From assembly GCF_009914755.1 (NCBI RefSeq), contig NC_060938.1: 64,000 bases of DNA. One strand, given 5' to 3'. The position numbers and the translations under genes are program-made. The notes beneath the pieces are model-generated. The model was not told the DNA's origin and did not search any database. It saw nothing but the letters and a program-made list of their open reading frames with translations. The DNA is from the human T2T-CHM13v2.0 reference genome, Homo sapiens. Below are positions 12,453 through 24,823 of the stretch, piece after piece (within the stretch, counting starts at the first letter, position 1; each line of letters begins with the position of its first letter).

Positions 12453-14349
12453 GTCCCTCATGGTATGGAGAACACAGCAGTGGGCATTTCACACGCATAA
12501 TCTCACCACAGGGGGCCAGGCTGCCTCTTGGTCTATGGGACTCCACCCCACTGTGGGTTTCAGGGCAGGTTCCCACTCCTACCTCATCTATCCCTTCTTG
12601 GGAATGGGAGATGCTTGGAGGATGCACAGTAATTGAAATGCTATTCCTGGCAAATGATCATTTCCGGGGGAAAATGTGAATATCATGATATCAAGTCAAA
12701 TAAAGCTGTTAGGTTGAGGCTTTGTCCTTGAGCTTTTTAGACTCTGAACAGGCAGTTGGGAAGGCAGTCAGCTCCTGCCTGAGTCACTGGGCAGGACAGC
12801 CAGCCCAGGGAAAGATGAGGGAAGTGGGGGACCTGCGTTGGTATCTCACTGGGAGGATGCTGTGGCCTCCCCATTCGATGGAGATCCTTGTCAGGCCTGC
12901 TTTTGCAAATGCTCAGAACTCCAGGCAGCTCTCTGGCCCTCTTCTTTCTGTCCTCTCCATGCAGCTCCCACTGCTGTATTTACTCGGTTGGCACTTTCCG
13001 CTGTCAGAATCACATTTCTCCCAGCCACTCACTGTGTTGCAGAATCTGTGTATTGTCTTTTCTTCAGCTGGTGTTTTGGGCTTAAGCCCTGAAATGCTTT
13101 GTTCTGGGCCCCACTACAGCACCCATACTGTGTGCTAGAGAAAACAGGAAAGGGCCCTCACCATCACACCCATGACCTTGGGGAGGCCAGCACCTTTGTT
13201 GTCATACTTCCCAAAACCCTCCATCCCCTCCCTGCCAGAGGAGCTAGCACAATCTAGATGCCCACTGGCTGAGGTTTATTTCCAGCACTGCAAGGTAACA
13301 GGTACACACATACGCACACCAGATTTCCATTCCCATTAAATCTCTGCATCCCCAAATGAGCTACCTGTTGGCAAAAGCTTTTTATCTGTCAGAAGTTCTC
13401 AAGTGGAAGTTGTCTCTCTCTCTTTGCTGCACGTGTGTTACCACAAATGCGGATTGTGCCGGCCTTTCTCCATCTCACCCACAACCTCCCCTTAAACCTC
13501 CATCTCCAACACCCCCGAGTCTTCAATGCCTCAGGAGAATTCTGAAGCCAGCATATAATTGCTGTCCAGAAAGAGGCCCCGTGGGAACGGAAAGGATTTT
13601 GTGTGTGCTCACCCCTACATTTAATGGGGCCATCCTTCCCCATAAGGCTCAGTGCTGCAAAGCCAGGAGCCCACCCCCAAGGCTCATGCCAAACCCCAAT
13701 TATCTGGAGGGCAACTGGCCCTGGGAGCTGGGCCAAGCACAGCCCCTCCTAGCTGCGGAAAGAGCCTTCCTATATGTCTCGTTTGACGCCTACAAAAACC
13801 TGGGGAAGCTGGCAGGGCAGGGGGTGGGGAGGTTAAGCCCATAGGGTGGACAAGCCACAGGGCTCTGCTCCCTCCCTTCCCCCTCATTTCTTCACCCCTC
13901 CCCCATGAAACCATCAATCACCTTGATGGCAGGAGGGAGGGGTGCTTGGCTGAATTGACTTGAAAACACTCAGAAACCCAAATTGCACCCACAGAGGCAC
14001 TCAGAATTCAGGGAGATGAGGGATGTCCGCCTGAAACACTTTTTTGCAGTAATGTGTTCCGTGATGGAAGTCATCTAATTCATTCATGAGGGGACTGAGA
14101 CCTCAGAGGAAAGTGGTGTCCCTGAAACTAGCAAGGGTCAGAACTACTTGCAGAGAAGCCACTAGGAAGGCTTTCCAGATGAGACTCTCCCCCTACTCCC
14201 ACTAATATTAGAGGGACTCCCCTCCCTCCAGCATCTCCCCACAGGGTCTGGCTGCCTCAGGCTTCCCTTGGCTCTCAGAGATGCCCTTCCACTCAACTGC
14301 TACCCACATGCTTCTACCTGCTGCACACACCCTTTCTGTCTGCAGCCTC

Positions 14350-14686
14350 TGATATGGTTTGGCTGTGTCCACACCCAAATCTCATCTTGAATTGTACCTC
14401 CTATAATTCCCTTGTGTCGTGAAAGGGACCCAGTGGGAGGTAATTGAATCATGGGGGGGCAGGTCTTTCCTGTACTGTTCTCATGATAGTGAATAAGTCT
14501 TAGGAGGTCTTCTGCACAAGCTCTCTCTTGCCTGCCACCATGTGACTTTGCTCCTCGTTCGCCTTCCTCCATGATTGTGAGGCTTCCCCAGCCATATGGA
14601 ACTGTGAGTCAATTAAACCTCTTTCTTTTGTAAATTATCCAGTCTCAGGTAGGTCTTTCTTAGCAGCGTGAGAACAGACTAATACA
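14350..14686 (+). mobile_element. THE1 (B/C-like) MaLR solo LTR
   Basis: tgatatggtttggctgtgtcc...gactaataca. TSD gcctc/gcccc. Confidence 0.9.
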
Positions 14687-15072
14687 GCCCCTCCCCTAGG
14701 CTTTCCCTCCTTAGAGTTCATGTTGCAGACCACTTTTCCTTCCTTCTCCGCTACTGACTGCCCCCATCCCTGTTTGTCCAGGGTTCTCCTGTTTTCTGGG
14801 TTCCCTGATGAGAGTTAGTTCCTTTTAGGGACTAATTCGTCCTAGGGAGGACTAGATTAATAGACTACCAAGTCCCCTTTCCAAACTGACTTGCATTTTA
14901 AGATGGAAAAGTGACTCCCAGGGACAGGGCATTGGCTCAACAGGTGCTTCTACAGCTTGGCCGTGACAGCCTGTCTCTACATAGAAAGGGCCAGGGGCTG
15001 CAGTCTTTGCTTGGAGCTGTGTTTGTAGAACAAGCACACTGTTTTTAACGTGGTTTATGGTTTTGTTTAAAT

Positions 15073-15248
15073 CAGGAGTGTCGAATCTTTTGTATTCCCT
15101 GGGCCACAATGGAAGAAGAAGAATTGTCTTGGGCCACACATAAAATATACTAACACTAATGACAGCTGATGAGCTTAATGTTTTAAGAATGTTTACAAAC
15201 TTGTATTGGGCCACATGTGGCCTGTGGGCCACTGGCTGGACAAGCTCG
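15073..15248 (+). mobile_element. MER30 (hAT-Charlie) non-autonomous DNA transposon, internally deleted
   Basis: caggagtgtcgaatc...ggacaagctcg. Perfect 8-bp TSD GTTTAAAT at 15065-15072 and 15249-15256. Confidence 0.85.
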
Positions 15249-15947
15249 GTTTAAATTGATAAGATATTCGGGAAGAAGATCTAATCACTCTCCTGCCAGC
15301 CTCTACCCTGCTGCTAAAATGCTTTCACAGGATCTAGGTCACTGGCTTTGATAATCACCACAGCTTGTGGATGTCCTCCTAAGTCTAGTGCCGGAAGGGA
15401 ACTCGGTATTCCTCAGTGTGAACTGGAAGCAGATGAAGGAACTCCACCTCTCACTCAGGTCATCATGTTTCTGTTAATGCATCCTGAGATCAAATTCACC
15501 TTTTTCTTTTGCTGCCATATTATATTACAATTTTTCAGTTGACTTAATTGCAAAGTATCTTCTATTTGGGCTACTGAGTCACTTATCTCTCAAATTGTGT
15601 GTTGTTCTAACTATATATCTATGCCATAAGTATAAGGGTTTACATTTATTCCTTACTTTATGTCATCTTAAAACAAATGAAAGACTACTCTAATCATGCC
15701 ACTTCTCACTCCTGATTCTAGAAAACAGTGTCTTTCTTGACCCTCCTAGTTTTAAATCTGGACTATGAATCTGGCATTCATTCTTATCCCCTAACATTAG
15801 ACAGAGTATTGGCTTTCAGAAAGCTAAGCTTTGAAGTACTATATGTTGTGTGGCTTACTGGAGATCAGACAATATGCAAGAAGTCAAATTAGTTAGTTTG
15901 GCTCATGGAAAGCTGTCTAATTTGGAAATAATTAGGTGTCATCTCCT

Positions 15948-15970
15948 GAGAGAGAGAGAGAGAGAGAGAG
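15948..15970. repeat. (GA)n microsatellite
   Basis: Run of gagagaga. Confidence 0.9.
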
Positions 15971-16110
15971 CGCGCATAGGGAGAGGCAGTGGGGAAGAGG
16001 AAGAGAGAGAGGACAGAAAGGGAAGATGAGAGAAAATAGTTTTCATTACATGTTAAGCAGAAAGAGTTGGAAAAAAATAATTTCTATGATCTGCAAAGTC
16101 ATTTCAGGAG

Positions 16111-16524
16111 TACATTAGCTTGCTAGGGCTGCCATAGTTAAGTATCACAAAGTGGGTGGGCTAAGTAACAGACAATTATTAACTACAGTTCTGGAGACCA
16201 GAAGTCTACGATCAAGACAGGGTTGGTTCCTTCTCGGGGCTGCCAGGAAAGGATCTGTTCCCAGCCTCTCTCTCTGGCCTGTAGATGACTTTGCCCCCTG
16301 TGTTTCTTCACAGTATCTTCCCTCTGTGTGTGCCTGTCTGTGTCTAAATTTCCCCTTTTTATAAGGACATCAGTCATTTTGGATTAAGATCCACACTAAC
16401 AACCTCATTTTAACTCGATTACCTCTGTAAAGGCCCTATTTCCAAATGAGATCACATTCTGAGGTACTGAAAGTTAGGACTTCAATGTCTCGATTTGGAG
16501 TGGGGCACAATTCAGTCCATAACA
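16111..16524 (-). mobile_element. MLT1 (A/B-like) MaLR solo LTR
   Basis: tacattagcttgctagggctgccata...cacaattcagtccataaca. TSD aggag/agggg. Confidence 0.8.
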
Positions 16525-17623
16525 AGGGGATTCCCAAAGAGTTGTCATAGGAATATCACCCATCAGGCAAAGCTCCTGGAAGCAGATGGAGCCACCATTA
16601 GGAAAGTTTCCCATGAGACTGTGGTGCTTCTGATGTGGCTCAGCTCTGGAACTGACTCCCACCCCCATCACCCATTTCAACCTCTAACCCCCACCACCTA
16701 ACCAACACCCCCTCCCCTGTAAAAGCCTTTCTTCTTAAGTCAGGGGTAAACTTTCCACATTATTATGGTCCGTGTTTCCAATGCAGTGGTTTCTCAGATC
16801 TGCATCGCTCCTCTCTACCTCCTGGTTCCCTGCAACTCCTTAACCCACAAGCAGAGGAAGGAGAAGAGAAGGACCCTATTGTTTAGAGCAGAGGTGCTGG
16901 GTTCTCCCTCTACTTACAACCTTGCCCTCTCTCATTTCTCCTGATGACCAGGTAGGGTAGACAGCAACATCCCCATCCAAACATGAGCAGTGAGGTGACC
17001 TGGCCGGTTCGATGAGTGGTAGGCAGCACAGCCACAGGCCATCTCCCTCCTAAATGGGGCTGGGCCCAGGGGTTTTCCTAGGCCCTGCCTGACTATGCTG
17101 CAGGCTCTGCCTTACACTTGCTCATCCTCCTGTTGCAGAAGAGCTACAGGGAGACAAGCTACAAAAACCTTTTAATCTGTATGATTAACAGAAGCAATTG
17201 GCAAATGACCCTGCTGCTCTCCCAAGGGGAATAAGGGGTTTATTTTCAGATGCTGGTATTTATCCCACTGAATTTCATTGTGCAGCCTACAGTCCATCAA
17301 ATGCTTCCCAGAGTCACCCAGGGTTTCTTCTTAGATTAAAATCAGAATTAAATCAGATAGATACATGCTTTATCAAATCTCATTTTCTTGGGGATGAAAA
17401 ATAAGTTTCTCTTTCAGTCTGTGATTTCAGGAACAGGAAGCAAAGAATTTGGAAGTTTAAAAACACCTTTGCCTGAGCCTGCATAGCTTATTTTTTCTCC
17501 AGGCAGATATGGGCCTCCCCTTGACAAGGTGCTACCTGTAGGCAGGAAAGTCCTGCTGCTTGTCCTGCCATGTAATGGAACTTGGGCCATAAGGTGGATA
17601 AAGATAAGGCTGCTCTGAGAAGC

Positions 17624-17990
17624 TGTATTAGTTTTCACAATGCTGATAAAGACATACCCAAGACTGGGTAATTTATAAAGAAAAAGAGGTTTAACAGACT
17701 CACGGTTCCACGTGGTTGGGGAGGCCTCACAATCATGGCAGAAGGCGAAAGGCACATCTTACATGGTGGCAGGCAAGAGAAAATGAGAGCCAAGAGAGTG
17801 AGAGCCAAGCAAAAGAGGAAACCCCTTTAAAATAATCAGATCTCAGGAGACTTATTCACTACCATGAGAACAGTAGGGGGGAAACCCATGATTCAATTAT
17901 CTCTCCACTAGGTCCTCCCGTAACATGTGGGAATTAAGGGAGATACACTTCAAGATAAGATTTGGGTGGGGACACAGCCAAACCATATCA
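17624..17990 (-). mobile_element. THE1 MaLR solo LTR
   Basis: tgtattag...gccaaaccatatca. Perfect TSD GAAGC at 17619-17623 and 17991-17995. Confidence 0.9.
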
Positions 17991-18542
17991 GAAGCACAGA
18001 ATTAGTGCAGAGTTGGTTAATGAAATAATCATTTTCTACATAGGTAGGGGAGTTAAATGATCATATTTTGCCTTTTAAGAGTATCATATAGGAACTCTTA
18101 CAAACCTATACAAACTGGGGCTTGTTATGTGAGAAGTGACGTTGGTGATACCTGCTTGGAAAGCATAGGTCTCCAATCCCAGCTGCTGTCCTCTGGGAGC
18201 TGCACAAAAGAAGGTCTATCACATGCTTCTGAAGGGAGCTGTAGAAGCTTCTGTGGTTATTCATTTGCTACAGATAGAAGAAGAAATTAAAACCAATTGT
18301 GAAGGAAAGGGAAATGAACATTATTGAGGAGTGAGTAACTGTGTGGCAGGCACTGCCCTGAGAGATTTTGCCTGCATGCTCACCTAAATTTTAGAAATAG
18401 GACTAGCTTTAAAAAAATAAAAAATAAATTTGAGAAATAAACTATTATCCTTTAGAATTGATAAAAAGTAGTTCATGGATATTAGAGATATTTTGGTAAA
18501 TATCACTGTAAAGCATAAAGAAAAGAATAAAAAGTACCCATT

Positions 18543-18895
18543 TGCTATGATCAGAATGTTGTGTCCCACCAAAATTCATATGTTGAAACCCAGCCCCCAA
18601 TGTGATACTGTTAAGGGGTGGGGCCCTTGGAGGTGATTAGGTCATTAGTGTTCTACCTCCATGAATGAGATTAGATTTGAGGAAGCCTGTTTGGCTCTGC
18701 TGGCTTATCAGGACACATGGAAAGTGCCGTTTAAGAAAGCAGAACAAGCCCTCACCAGACACCAAATCTGTCAGTGACTTGATCTTGAACTTACCAGCCT
18801 CCTGAACTGTGAGTAATAAATTTCTATTGTTTATAAGTTACCCCGGCAAAGATATTTTGCTGATAGTAGTCCAAAAGAACTAAAGAACTAAAATG
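18543..18895 (+). mobile_element. MLT1A-like MaLR solo LTR
   Basis: tgctatgatcagaatgttgtgtcccaccaaaattcatatgttgaaacc... TSD CCATT on both sides. Confidence 0.8.
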
Positions 18896-20492
18896 CCATT
18901 GTACCTTAGCCCATTCTGTTGAATCCTTTGGTGGCTGGATTGAAGAGCTGGGCAGTGGAGAGACCAGCCAATTTAGAAAGACTAGGGGGTGCCTGGTCAT
19001 GCTGCCTTCTATGTAAAGAGTGGGAAGTGGGGCAATGCAGAGGACATTTTTTGGTGCAGGAACACCATGAGGGGAAGGACTCCAAGTCTTCAGATGAGAT
19101 GATGGTCTCTGGGCAGTCAGTTACAGAGCAGGAACAGCACTCTGATGTCACTTGGAAAGGCACTCATGAAAGCAGCAGAGCCTGAGCTGGTGTGTTCGGA
19201 GGCAGCATTAAAAATCAGCAGGAAAGGCATGAGACATGAAACCAAAAAAGGGATCTTTGCTGCTGGGTCTCAGGCAACACAAGGAAGAGGTTTGTCCTGG
19301 GACCCCCTGTGAGGTTCTAGGACCTCAGGTGCTGTTGGGATCAGGCAGGAATTTCCTGAAGTCAGCCTTGTGGTTGCACCTCCTTCTTTGCGGCCCTCCT
19401 GGGGACTGTTCTTCTTTTTTAGACTCATTTAAAATCCTCAAGGGGCCCCTCTGCTATAAGAAAGCACCAAGGGAAGGGCCCTGCCTTTCCAGTTTCCCAG
19501 CACCTAGCATGCAGTGAGTGCTCAAATATAATTTATATTTGGAATGAGTGATGATTCTCTCTGCTTCCCCTTTGGGACTGACCTTGATGCTCATTTCTAC
19601 CTGATTTTGCTTATAAATTGTGAGGAGAGTTCTCTACACTACAATTTATCTCAGTATCCCTCCCCAGCTGGTGGCTCTCATGTGCTCACTGGAGCAGTCT
19701 GGGACATCAAACATGAACAATGACATAGTGAAAGAAGAAAATGCCTGGGGAAGATAATGGCACTATCTGGAGCAGGGAGCCTGCCATCTAAGGAAATGGT
19801 AAAAAGAAGGAGGCTCCTTAGGGCAGGTTTCAAGGGGCCAGAGGAAGCCCCAAATGCGTAGAATCACAGCCAGGTGCTCAGGAGGGGCAGCAGAAGCAGC
19901 CCTCAGGAGGAAGGGTAGTGGTCATCGTGCAAGGCAGACAAGGGCCCTAGGGTGCAGGCAGGCTGGGAAGATCTCCAGAGAATGAGGTGGGCCATCTGGG
20001 GGCATCACTTTGACCTGTAGACAAAGTGAAGGGAGAGGGGAGGGTCTGGTGATGACAGCCTCAGATGCAGACTCTTTAAGCCTTCTCAAGGCTTTCCAGT
20101 TTTTGCAGCTGCTGAGGAAACTTCATTCTCACCCTTCTTGTTCCATCTGAAAATGCACTTCTCTCCAGAGCTCTGGGAGACTGTGAAAGGCTCTCTCATT
20201 GCCCTGAAATATTTTTTTAAGGAATGAGTATGATCTTTTCTATTCTCTACTTCTGTCCCATGCAGAGCAGATGTAGAGGACCAGGAGTGATTCAGAGATG
20301 AGAACTGAATCTTCCCTCCAGAAAGTTATGTTCCAGAGGGAAAGAAGCGGAACTTCAGTAACAGAGAATATGAAATTGGTCCTAAGTAGAGGTATGTGGC
20401 TCTCGTGACTGGAGCAGAGGGAGAAAGACTTGATTCAGGTTCTTGCCTCGCAGCCTTGGAATGGGAAAAAGGAATAAAAAATATAGAACATG

Positions 20493-20878
20493 GGTATTAG
20501 TTCATTCTCACACTACTATAAAGACATAGCTGGGAATGTGTTATTTATAAAGAAAAGAGGTTTAATTGACTTGCAGTTCCACAGGCCGTACAGGAAGCAT
20601 GGCTGGGGAGGCCTCAGGAAACTTACAGTCATAGTGGAAGGCAAAGAGGACGAAGTCATGTCTTACATATCTGCAGAAGGAGGAAAAGAGCACAAAGATG
20701 GAAGTGCTACACACTTTTAAACAACCAGATTTCATGAAAACTGACTCACTTTCATGAGAACAGCAAAGGGGAGGTCTGCCTTCATGATTCACTCACCTCC
20801 CACGAGGCCTCTGCTCTAACACTGGGGATTACAATTCAACATGAGATTTGGGTGGGGACACAGGGCCAAACCATAGTA
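20493..20878 (-). mobile_element. MSTA-like MaLR solo LTR
   Basis: gtattagttcattctcacactactataaag...ccaaaccatagta. TSD ACATG on both sides. Confidence 0.85.
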
Positions 20879-20904
20879 ACATGTATAATACATATGTATG
20901 CAAG

Positions 20905-21200
20905 TACTGGAATATCAAGTTTCCTGGAGGAAGTAGCTTTTGAGCAGGGCCTAGAAGCATGCCAAGGATTTGGATGTGTTTGTTGTGGGTGGATGAAGTC
21001 CATGACCAGCAAGCAGACTCAGGAGAGTTTTGCAGATAAGTGTGTCCAGAAGCAAAACAGGCTGGGAGGAGTGGTGGTGCTGGAAAGGTGGCAGATGCCG
21101 AATGATGGAGGACCTTGAATTCCATAGTAGGGAATTTGGCATTTATTTTGTAGCTGTGGGAAGCCATAGCAGTTTTTCACCAAAGAGATAATTTACATCA
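20905..21200 (-). mobile_element. L2 fragment
   Basis: ttcctggaggaagtagcttttgagcagggcctagaag...gggaagccatagcagtttt. Confidence 0.55.
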
Positions 21201-21705
21201 ATTATTCCAAGCCCTCAGATTCACTCCAGTTGCTAGTTCAGTTGTTTGGTTCAAGGAAGCGTCAGAAAGGAAATGAACCAGAAAGGATGAGTGATCCTAG
21301 AGTCCAGGGTGTCCTTGGGGTCAGAGGGAGGACAAGGCCTTATGTTCCCTGCCTTTTCCAGGAGGAAGAAATTGTAGTAATATTCCAGGACACTGGATGG
21401 ACTTGTTTTTCTTTGGAAACAAGGTTATTGACCTCTCTGCCGCAGTAAGAGAAAAATGATATATATGTTAGAACTTGAATATTTTTGTAGAAACTTAATA
21501 TTAAAGGCCTTATGTTCAAATATGCAGCATTTCACAGTGCTGGTTGAATTATTTGGGCTAGGTTGCCACATGGTGTTCCATGTACAATTCTCCTTGGTAG
21601 GCTGGGTTAAAAAATGTGGCTAGGTAAAATGTGAGATGAGAAATAAAAAAGGATCTTTGTTTTTTCATGCTTGTGATACTTAAATAGGCTACTGTGACCC
21701 AATTA

Positions 21706-22202
<497 letters not shown>

Positions 22203-22518
22203 CTAAGCCACCCATCTAATTGGTCCCAGAGAGATCAAAAAAAATGCAGCATTGAAAATGGCGTGGAGGCAATGACTTAGGGTTTATAGACAGGCATCTT
22301 CCCTGTCGTCATCCCTGACATCTTCCCCAAGTGGGCTACCACAGGTCCTAGGTGATGACTGGTTAGGCCATGAAGCTGTTCAGAGGGACAGAGAGCTGCA
22401 GAGTTTGGGGAAATCCACCCCCTGCTTCCCCAGAAGGAGAAGATGCATACTAATCTGTTTTGGAGACAATGCAGAATACTGATTAGCCAAATATTTGCTG
22501 GTGATGGGGATCACTGTG

Positions 22519-23031
22519 TGTATTCGTTTTCTATTGCTGCTATAACAAATTACCATACACTTAATGGTTTAGAACAACATAAATCCATTCATTATCTTAT
22601 AGTTCTGAAGGTCAGGAATCTGAAAAGATCTCACTGGGCTAAAATCAAGTTGCTAGCAGGACTGTGTTTCTTTCTGGAGGCTCTAAGGGATAATCTTTTT
22701 TCTTGCCTTTTCCAGCTTCCAGGAGCTGCCTGCATTCCTTGGCTTGTGGCCCCTTCCTCTATTTTCAAAATCAGTAAAGTCCCATCTATCTGACCCCTTT
22801 TCCATCATCACATCTGTCTCTAACCAACTATAGCTGGGAAAGGTCTTCTGCTTTCAAGGACCCATGTGATTCACTGAGCATACCTGGATAACCAGGGTCA
22901 TCTCCCATCTTAAGATCCTTAGCCTTAATCACATCTACAAAGTCCCTTTTGCCATGTGAAGTCACATATTCACAGATTCCAGGGATTAGGACATGGATCT
23001 CTTTTGGGGGAACATTTTTCTGCCTTCTATA
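22519..23031 (-). mobile_element. MLT1C/D-like MaLR solo LTR
   Basis: tgtattcgttttctattgctgctataacaaattacc...gtcccttttgccatgtgaagtcacatattcacag. Confidence 0.8.
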
Positions 23032-24029
23032 GTGTGTATTAAACTTTGATGCTTATGGCATGGCCCCGTTTTCGTATCTTCTTCCACTCAGCTAAAGCCT
23101 TAGGTGAGCCCGGGCCACCCTGGCAGCTGCCCTGGCCAGCTGATGTGGTGATCCATGGAGCCAGCTCTGGTTCATGCCAATAATCTCATTTATCCAGCAG
23201 TCTCACTTGGCCTTGAACAATTTACCGTTCCCAAATATCAGCATGTTTTTCTGTAAAGGAGTGATGGTTCCCAACAAGAAGAGGTTGACACACTCAAATT
23301 CAGGTAATTTGAGGAGATTAGAATAAAAGGATTTTAGGTCTTCTGCGGTTGCTAGAATATTTCATTGGCCAGTATCTATTGTCCTCATCCGCACTGTTGC
23401 TGGCCATCTGCGGTCAGAGATTCCTCAGTCCAGGGCCTGACCAAAAGGACTTGCTCCACTTACATTGCAAAGCAAACAACAGATTCTTAAACAAGAAAGA
23501 TGATGCCTTCTAAAGCTTGGCTATTCCAGCCAAGCTCAGGGGAAAGACATTTTCCCTAAAGTATCAACAAGCCATTTGATCTCAGACTTAGAAGGTCATT
23601 CTTGTCTGCTTTTTTCTCCCATTAGATGAAAGAAAATGAAATGTTTTCCGTAAAAGTAATTTATGAAGCACTCCATATGGCAATATTAAAACTGTAAAAG
23701 TAAGCCTCCAGGGGACAAAACAAATAATGCTGTGTCATCCGTCTGCCCTGGTACTGTCCCTGGGTAATGTCAGGCACAGAACGTTGGGGAACTGGCTCCC
23801 CACTCAACTGGTACTTGGATGCCTTTGGAGCTTTTCCTTGAACATTGTTGCTAAGGTTCATGAAATCTTCAGATTTTTGTTATGGAATCCATTCGCAAAG
23901 CAAAATGATCTTAAGTGTAAATACTAAATTTACTGTAAATTGCAGACATCACTACCTCCAAGACCCTTTTAATATATTGAGTCCCACTGAATGCTGGAAT
24001 CCAAGATAAAGTTCTTTAAGAATATAGCA

Positions 24030-24320
24030 CTCATGTCATTCATGTATTCATTCGTTCATTGATGCAGTCATTCAAGAAATATTTACTGAGTACCTATTAG
24101 GATTCAGTGGTGAGCAAACCACTCTAATGGGTGATACAAATGCAAATTAGAGCGATCGTTGATATGGAGAAAAGATAGAGGGTTTAATAAGAGCTTATAA
24201 CAGGATAAGCACTGGGACACCATGGACAGATTTTAGGTAGGGGAGTTAAATGGTCATATTTTCCCTTTTAAGAGTATCATATAGGCTGCAGTGTGGGAAA
24301 CAGATCAGAGAGGCTTCAGG
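24030..24320 (-). mobile_element. L2 fragments
   Basis: cattcatgtattcattcg...aaatatttactgagtacctatt, then gattttaggtaggggagttaaatggtcatattt...ggctgcagtgtggg. Confidence 0.6.
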
Positions 24321-24374
24321 GCCTGCCCAACCATCCTTTACGAGTGTTGTTTAACGCAAGGTCTCGTGGTAGAC

Positions 24375-24823
24375 AGTGTTACATGGTTAACCCCATTTCC
24401 ATTCTCCTCTTGCCCTGCTTCCATGTGGTATAGAGGCTGGAAAAGTTAAACACCTTCTTCCCCACCTCCTGTGCAGCTCAGTGTAGTCATGTGACCCTGC
24501 TCTGGCCTGAGACTTGAGCAGTGATCTGTTGAGGTCTTCTGGGAAGGAATATGCTTTTCCTGATAAAAGGAATGAGTGCAGCTGTTCCCCCTCCCCCTCC
24601 TTCCCACCTTTCACAGAGAAGGGATGACTAGAGCTGGGCAGCCATCAGGCAACCACAAGGGAAAGACCAAGATGTTGGTGTTCATAGAATAGAGCCTCTG
24701 CAGCAATGTCAGCACCACACACATATGGACTGCTTGTTATGTGGAAAATATCAGCCCCCATCTTTGGAGATTGGATTTTTTTGTTGTGGTTACTTTCCAT
24801 GAAAAGCATTCTAAACAGATACA
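24375..24823 (+). mobile_element. Old MaLR/ERVL LTR (MLT1K/L- or LTR33-like)
   Basis: catgtgaccctgctctggcc...ttttcctgataaaagg...aagcattctaaacagataca. Confidence 0.55.

Noticed and set aside
13356-13844. 162-aa ATG ORF
   Set aside because: Proline-rich because of local C-rich composition. No domain or splice support.
24212-24232. REST/RE1-like core CACCATGGACAG
   Set aside because: Flanks lack TTCAG and the 3' GCC, and the site lies in an L2 relic. Probably chance.
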